20,000 nt of DNA, taken from IMG/VR virus record IMGVR_UViG_3300033141_004351. One strand, written 5' to 3'. Made by a program: the position numbers and the translations under genes. This DNA comes from an uncultured virus (IMG/VR IMGVR_UViG_3300033141_004351) (Duplodnaviria > Heunggongvirae > Uroviricota > Caudoviricetes). Positions 15,430 through 20,000 of the stretch are shown here, in pieces (within the stretch, counting starts at the first letter, position 1; the number at the start of each line of letters is the position of its first letter). The notes beneath the pieces are model-generated. The model did not search any database. It was given only the letters and a program-made list of their open reading frames with translations, and was not told the origin of the DNA.

Positions 15430-16095
15430 ATGTCTACCTACACAGTCGGATCGGTAATCGATGTTTGCAGAAAGCGTATCCTGGATGAATCCAGTATCGA
15501 TTTTGATGATCCGGAGATGCTGAATTTGTTTAATTTGACCGGTCGCAAGATGGTAATGCTAAATCCAAAGGTGCATACCAGGATCCGGACATTAAAAATG
15601 CAACCCGGAAACAAACAGATTCTGTCAGCTACGCCACCTGTTGGCTTAGAGCTTATTGACGTAATTCGCAATATGGGCACTGATGGATTAACGCCAGGGC
15701 GCGCCATTCGTCAGACAGACAGGAGTTTTATCACACGCTATGTGCCTGCATTTTCCACGGATCCGGTTAATGCTGATGCCAGTATCTGGGACTGGTGGCC
15801 CCTTCCTGAATATCCGGAACAGTTTTATGTGCATCCAAAGTCTGATGGTACCGGTTATATAGAACTTGAGCAGGCCGAGACTCCACCCGATATTGTCTAT
15901 GATGCACCCGGGGCCTGGAGATCACTGGCAATTCCTACCAGTGACTATTATTTAGATGGATATATTAACGGGATCTTGTTTCAAGCCTATGATGATGATA
16001 CAGATATTCCCGGGAATACGCCCAGGTCTCAGTTATATTACCAACGGTTCATAATGGCTCTGGGCTTGCAGCAAGAAGGAGGTCAACCACAATGA
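15430..16095 (+). CDS. Putative head-tail adaptor protein (second adaptor)
   Basis: GGGAG RBS. Motifs I.D......D.E.L...N, G.KQ.L, LIDVIRNMG..G..PGRAI, P.QFYVHP, AY..D and R...YYQ.F...LG resemble DUF6682-type adaptors (from recall, not searched). Confidence 0.65.
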   Translation: MSTYTVGSVIDVCRKRILDESSIDFDDPEMLNLFNLTGRKMVMLNPKVHTRIRTLKMQPGNKQILSATPPVGLELIDVIRNMGTDGLTPGRAIRQTDRSFITRYVPAFSTDPVNADASIWDWWPLPEYPEQFYVHPKSDGTGYIELEQAETPPDIVYDAPGAWRSLAIPTSDYYLDGYINGILFQAYDDDTDIPGNTPRSQLYYQRFIMALGLQQEGGQPQ

Positions 16096-16529
16096 CAGAA
16101 TATTTATTTGCAAATAATGCTGCTGGTGCATTAAATACAGCTATCGGTACCGGTGACACGTTGCTTGTGCTTGAATCTGGAGACGGGGCACTGTTTCCAT
16201 CTCCTGGGGCTGGCGAAGCTTTCCGGCTTATTGTTTTCGAAAGCGCTTCTGTTTTTGAGTGGATGACCTGCACTGGGGTGTCCGGCGACTCTTTAACGGT
16301 TACGCGAAGTGCGAGCCCGCTTTCTTTTAATATTGGGGCATCCGTGGAACATCGGATAGACGATGAAGCCTTGGAGAATTTTTTACAAAAAGGCACTGAT
16401 CGCATAGTAACATCAGATCCGGATGGATCTTTGGCGGCATCGTACTTTGGGGAAGAAGTTTATCAGAGCGTTACTGGTGTATGGTTTAAGCACACGACTG
16501 GTACCGAATGGAAGGAGATGAATATCTAA
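16092..16529 (+). CDS. Putative tail-associated protein (145 aa)
   Basis: AAGGAGG RBS and ATGA overlap. FANNA...L...I......L....G..FP...E...CT..SGD.LTVTR...F..G..VE.R is a common phage fibre N-terminal attachment pattern. Confidence 0.65.
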   Translation: MTEYLFANNAAGALNTAIGTGDTLLVLESGDGALFPSPGAGEAFRLIVFESASVFEWMTCTGVSGDSLTVTRSASPLSFNIGASVEHRIDDEALENFLQKGTDRIVTSDPDGSLAASYFGEEVYQSVTGVWFKHTTGTEWKEMNI

Positions 16530-17881
16530 TGGCTCTGGTCTTCAATATGGGATCTCAGGCAAGGCTGGCGGCTAACATTGCCGCTGTTGACACCAGGATA
16601 CTTTTAACCAGCTACGATACATTTTTGAATAAAGGTGGTGTCGGTGATAGTTTTTATGCCCAGATGATTAATGTTGAAGGGGACCGGGAAATCGTACTGG
16701 TAGATGTTGAAAATTCTGATGCGGTTCAGGGCTTATCCGTCACGCGTGGGGTGGAATCGACTGTTGCCAGGGCCTGGGGTGGAGGAACGATTATATGGCA
16801 GGTTTTATCCGAAACCTCCTGGGATGCGGTTGGGCAGAAATCAATTTCCAGGCAAGTGGCTTATATCCCTGATGGTGCGTTGGTTTCTGACTATATCGGT
16901 GAGAAGGTTTATCAGTCGGATACACAAATGTGGTGGAAGGCTATTGCTGCTGCTTCTACCGAATGGCGCTTGATTGCAGGTGAGATTTTTGTTGCTGATG
17001 TAGACTTCGATCCGTCATCGGGAACGTATCCACCGGGCTACACATTAACAATGTCTTGCATTACGTCTGGTGTGTCTATCTATTATACCGATGATGGCAC
17101 AGATCCTGACGAAACCGATACGCTTTATACTGCTCCTATCACGTTGCCGGAGCCAGGACCTACAACTTATAAAGCCAGGGCTTTTGGGGCAGAGCGTTGG
17201 CAAAGCCCAAGTGTAAACATTACCAGCGGTGTCTATGAGATCGAACCTTTTGTTGGAGTATTTGCAGAATATTTTGAACGCCCCGGACCACTTTATGATG
17301 GTTATGATAATGTTGGCTGGAGTGAAGCTACAACCGCCAATGGAATAGTTGATGCAGATGCTTTAAGTTCAATAGTTGGTAGTCCGCCTGGTTGGGGAAC
17401 AGAATGTCTAAAGATTTTTACTCCCAGCCTTGAAGGGGGATCTAACGGTACGATTTCTCCACTCTTTACGTCTCAGGCTGCCCTGTATATAAGGTTTGAG
17501 ATTGTGTTCACTTCTTTATCGTTAACAGATTCATATGATGAAACAGATATATTTAGGCTTCTTACCCCTTCTAATTCGTGGGCTAATTCCATCTCTGTGT
17601 ATCGAGAATCAGTGGGCGTATATAAGTTCAAGATTCAGAATCAACCAGCATTAAGCGATGCCATTAGCCTTGACACAGTTTATAGGATTGAGATCCATCA
17701 CGACCAGTCGGGTTGGGAGTGGAAGGTAAACGGGGTAACTATAGATAGTGGTTCGTGGAGTACAACGATTGAATTTAACCATTTAGATCTTGGTGCAATA
17801 GACGGTAGTGAAACCTTCCATGAATACACAGCATACTTTGATAAGGTAGGAATAAGCATTATTAACTGGATAGGACCATAA
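16529..17881 (+). CDS. Putative receptor-binding/adhesion protein: attachment domain, chitobiase/FN3-associated Ig-like domain and lectin-like C-terminus (450 aa)
   Basis: AAGGAG and a TAATG overlap support a start at 16529. N-terminus is paralogous to 16092-16529. FDPSSGTY...T.SC.T.G.SIYYT.DG.DP...LYTAPI....T.KARAF matches the CHB_HEX_C/FN3-associated pattern. Aromatic-rich C-terminus (YRIEI...W.VNG) is ConA/LamG-like. Confidence 0.72.
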   Translation: MALVFNMGSQARLAANIAAVDTRILLTSYDTFLNKGGVGDSFYAQMINVEGDREIVLVDVENSDAVQGLSVTRGVESTVARAWGGGTIIWQVLSETSWDAVGQKSISRQVAYIPDGALVSDYIGEKVYQSDTQMWWKAIAAASTEWRLIAGEIFVADVDFDPSSGTYPPGYTLTMSCITSGVSIYYTDDGTDPDETDTLYTAPITLPEPGPTTYKARAFGAERWQSPSVNITSGVYEIEPFVGVFAEYFERPGPLYDGYDNVGWSEATTANGIVDADALSSIVGSPPGWGTECLKIFTPSLEGGSNGTISPLFTSQAALYIRFEIVFTSLSLTDSYDETDIFRLLTPSNSWANSISVYRESVGVYKFKIQNQPALSDAISLDTVYRIEIHHDQSGWEWKVNGVTIDSGSWSTTIEFNHLDLGAIDGSETFHEYTAYFDKVGISIINWIGP

Positions 17882-17886
17882 ATTAT

Positions 17887-17979
17887 GATGCGCTCAGCCG
17901 CAAGGCGACAAAAAACTTTTATAACAACTGTGGAGACGGTCGGGAAAGGGTTTTTAAAATGCCTGCGGCTGGGCGTATC
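17887..17979 (+). other. Long intergenic RNA stem-loop (93 nt)
   Basis: GAUGCGCUCAGCCGCA(17887-902)/UGCGGCUGGGCGUAUC(17964-79) gives 16 contiguous pairs including 2 G.U. Inner pairings are GGC/GCC and AAAAACUUUU/AAGGGUUUUU, with an apical ACUGU-GGAG-ACGGU hairpin. Confidence 0.75.
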
Positions 17980-17997
17980 TCCAATCAAGGATAGAAT

Positions 17998-19596
17998 ATG
18001 AAAATAAGCATCCCATTATTCAGTGGTCTCAGGCCGGTCAGGGCCAGGCAGCTTCTGGAAGCCAATGAAGCGCAGGTGGCCAGCAACGTTAAGCTTGTTT
18101 CCGGGGAGATACGGCCCTGGGATAATGAGCTGAAAGATGCCGATGCAAAGCTTGGCGTACTGGTTAGAACGATTTATCTATATCGGTCTCAGTTTTGGTT
18201 GGAGTGGTCAGCTGACGTGGATGTTGTTTTAGGGCCGGTATCCGGAGATACTGATTTTAAGTTTTATTATACTGGGGATGGGATTCCCAAGAAATCAAAC
18301 GAGGCTGAGGCCACTACCGGTGGCGGTGCGCTGCCGATTAATTTTTATTCCATGGCCAGCCCACAGCCATGGATAAAGCCAACAACCAATAATGTGGGTG
18401 GGGGTTCCGGTGATGCCAGAGATCTGGTTTACGCGTGGACTGTAATGACAACCTGGGGTGAGGAGTCCGCCCCGTCACCGGTTTCTGATGTAGTGGTCGG
18501 AGCATTACCGGGAGACCAGATCGATCTTACCAATATGGACATGACCTGGCTTACTGGACAGGGTTATGATTTAACTGATTTTGTAATTCCCAGCACTCCC
18601 AATGGGTATGTTTATAAATGTGTTCAGGCTGGCACAACAGGTGGCCCAGAGCCTGCTTGGGGAACCGTTGTAGATGGTGACACAACCGACAATACGGTTA
18701 TCTGGAGAGCTTATGAAAACACGATATTGTCCAAGTTTATTTACAGATTGAATCAGGGTGAAACAGCAGCTCAGTATCAGTATGTAGATCAGATTACAGC
18801 GACAGCTACGGTTTATTCCGACAGCAAAGAAGATACTGAATTGGGAGAGGTTTTACAGACAGGGCTTTCGCCTCCACGATGGTTGCCACCACCGGACAAT
18901 CTGCTTGGAATTGTGGCATTACCCGGTGGGATATTGGCGGGTTTTGTCGGAAAGGATCTTTATTTTTCCGAGCCGTTCCAGCCGCACGCATGGCCGGAAG
19001 AATATGTGCTTACTTTGGAATTTTCCATTGTGTCCCTGGGCGTGATGGAGAACAACCTGGTGGTAGCTACAGATCAAAATCCGTATATCGTTACAGGCAC
19101 TACGCCATACTCTATGACGCCAAACAAAATGCCGGAATCGCAACCATGTATATCCAAACGGTCTTTGGCTGAATATAAGTTTGGTGTTCTTTATGCTACC
19201 AGTGATGGCCTTGTCCTGGTTTCGGGAGGCCGAGCTGTTAATGCCACCGAGGGGTTTTTTACTAAAAACGAATGGGAAGATTACGAACCAGATACCTTTA
19301 TAGGGGCCTATCAGAATGGACGGTACTATGGATTTTATGATCAGGGTGACTTTGAGGGTCGCGTTCTGGTCATAGATTTTGACCAAAAAAAGATTACAAC
19401 CTTGCTTTTAGGCGCTGAACCTAATACGAATTATGCTCCGGCTGTGCATGTAGATCCACGCACCGATACGCTTTATTTTGTGAAACAAACCGCTGAGGTT
19501 TTATTGCAGATGGGCGGAACCAGTTATCCTAACAGGGCTGATCAGATTGTGCAGATCGGATCTGGGGATAATATATTTTTAATTGCAGACTTATAG
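17998..19596 (+). CDS. Putative tail tubular protein B / nozzle (stabilisation) protein with inserted CBM-like module
   Basis: Motifs F.G.RP.....LL....AQ.A.N..L.SG...P, W..DVDV..GP, Y.WT..T.WGEESAPSP, W.PPP..L.G...LP.G..AGF.G....FSEP..PHAWP..Y, QPC.SKRS and V.YA..DGLV suggest beta-propeller-type repeats. Confidence 0.78.
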   Translation: MKISIPLFSGLRPVRARQLLEANEAQVASNVKLVSGEIRPWDNELKDADAKLGVLVRTIYLYRSQFWLEWSADVDVVLGPVSGDTDFKFYYTGDGIPKKSNEAEATTGGGALPINFYSMASPQPWIKPTTNNVGGGSGDARDLVYAWTVMTTWGEESAPSPVSDVVVGALPGDQIDLTNMDMTWLTGQGYDLTDFVIPSTPNGYVYKCVQAGTTGGPEPAWGTVVDGDTTDNTVIWRAYENTILSKFIYRLNQGETAAQYQYVDQITATATVYSDSKEDTELGEVLQTGLSPPRWLPPPDNLLGIVALPGGILAGFVGKDLYFSEPFQPHAWPEEYVLTLEFSIVSLGVMENNLVVATDQNPYIVTGTTPYSMTPNKMPESQPCISKRSLAEYKFGVLYATSDGLVLVSGGRAVNATEGFFTKNEWEDYEPDTFIGAYQNGRYYGFYDQGDFEGRVLVIDFDQKKITTLLLGAEPNTNYAPAVHVDPRTDTLYFVKQTAEVLLQMGGTSYPNRADQIVQIGSGDNIFLIADL

Positions 19597-19605
19597 GAGA
19601 CCGTT

Positions 19606-20000
19606 ATGGCAGATCTTGACATTACCCAAATGACCCAATTGTCGGTAGCTCCGGCAGCAGACGATGTTGTTTACCTTGGAGACGTTTCAGAGGTGGTTCT
19701 TGCCGATCAGAATAAACATATTGAGATTGAAAACCTGTTTCAGTATCTTGATGGTGGATACCAGAGTGATATCGTCCTAAATGCTGCTGCTACGCTTGAT
19801 CTTTCGGCAGGTACCGTTCATCTTAACGAAGCTGTCCATCTGTTAGCTACCTCTACAGAGCTGAACCAGTTGGATGGCGTGTCGGTTGGAGGTTCTGCGG
19901 CTGGAGATATTACCACCATAGATGGTACCCAGACGCTTACCAATAAGACTTTGACTACACCCACGATTGGTGATTTGACCAATATGAACCACGATCATTC
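19606..20000 (+). CDS. Tail fibre-like protein, 5' part (runs off the window; absent from the ORF track)
   Basis: AGGAG RBS and ATG 19606, open to the window end: MADLDITQMTQLSVAPAADDVVYLGDVS...ATSTELNQLDGV...TIDGTQTLTNKTLTTPTI. The QTLTNKTL and ELN.LDGV motifs are typical of phage fibres. Confidence 0.8.
   Translation, partial: MADLDITQMTQLSVAPAADDVVYLGDVSEVVLADQNKHIEIENLFQYLDGGYQSDIVLNAAATLDLSAGTVHLNEAVHLLATSTELNQLDGVSVGGSAAGDITTIDGTQTLTNKTLTTPTIGDLTNMNHDH

Larger units (their letters stand above)
1..20000 (+). mobile_element. Tailed phage/prophage late structural gene module (packaging, head, short-tail and fibre genes)
   Basis: Co-directional, tightly packed ORFs with several TAATG/ATGA overlaps. 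Order is terminase, portal, GroES, scaffold, capsid, adaptors, fibres, nozzle. No host housekeeping genes and no integrase or att site, so free phage versus prophage cannot be decided. Confidence 0.95.

Noticed and set aside
1..20000. CRISPR array, tRNA genes, inteins in terminase or portal, and stop-codon reassignment
   Set aside because: No regularly spaced repeats or cloverleaf were seen. Terminase and portal have normal lengths without intein motifs. Genes are intact under code 11, with TAA, TAG and TGA all used as stops.

Overview
The whole window is the late (virion morphogenesis) region of a tailed dsDNA phage or prophage, all on the + strand, with a podovirus-like gene set (no tape-measure or sheath gene seen here). 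Gene order: several small genes, terminase large subunit, portal, small conserved ORF, phage-encoded GroES-like co-chaperonin, scaffold, two head-associated proteins, major capsid protein (MCP), head/neck proteins, tail fibre plus chaperone, a second adaptor, two paralogous tail/receptor proteins, a tail tubular/nozzle protein, and the start of another fibre. The main signal missed by the ORF track is that the MCP gene is split after codon 15 by an apparently intact self-splicing group I intron (8300-9144, IA2-like). P1, P10, P3, P4, P7 and the omega-G can all be read directly. The intron carries a GIY-YIG homing endonuclease whose start codon is buried in P6a and whose 3' end runs through the ribozyme core. 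Two intergenic structured RNAs (10029-10103 and 17887-17979) and modular, duplicated receptor-binding domains also deserve follow-up. Protein family calls come from motif recognition and gene context only; no database searches were run.
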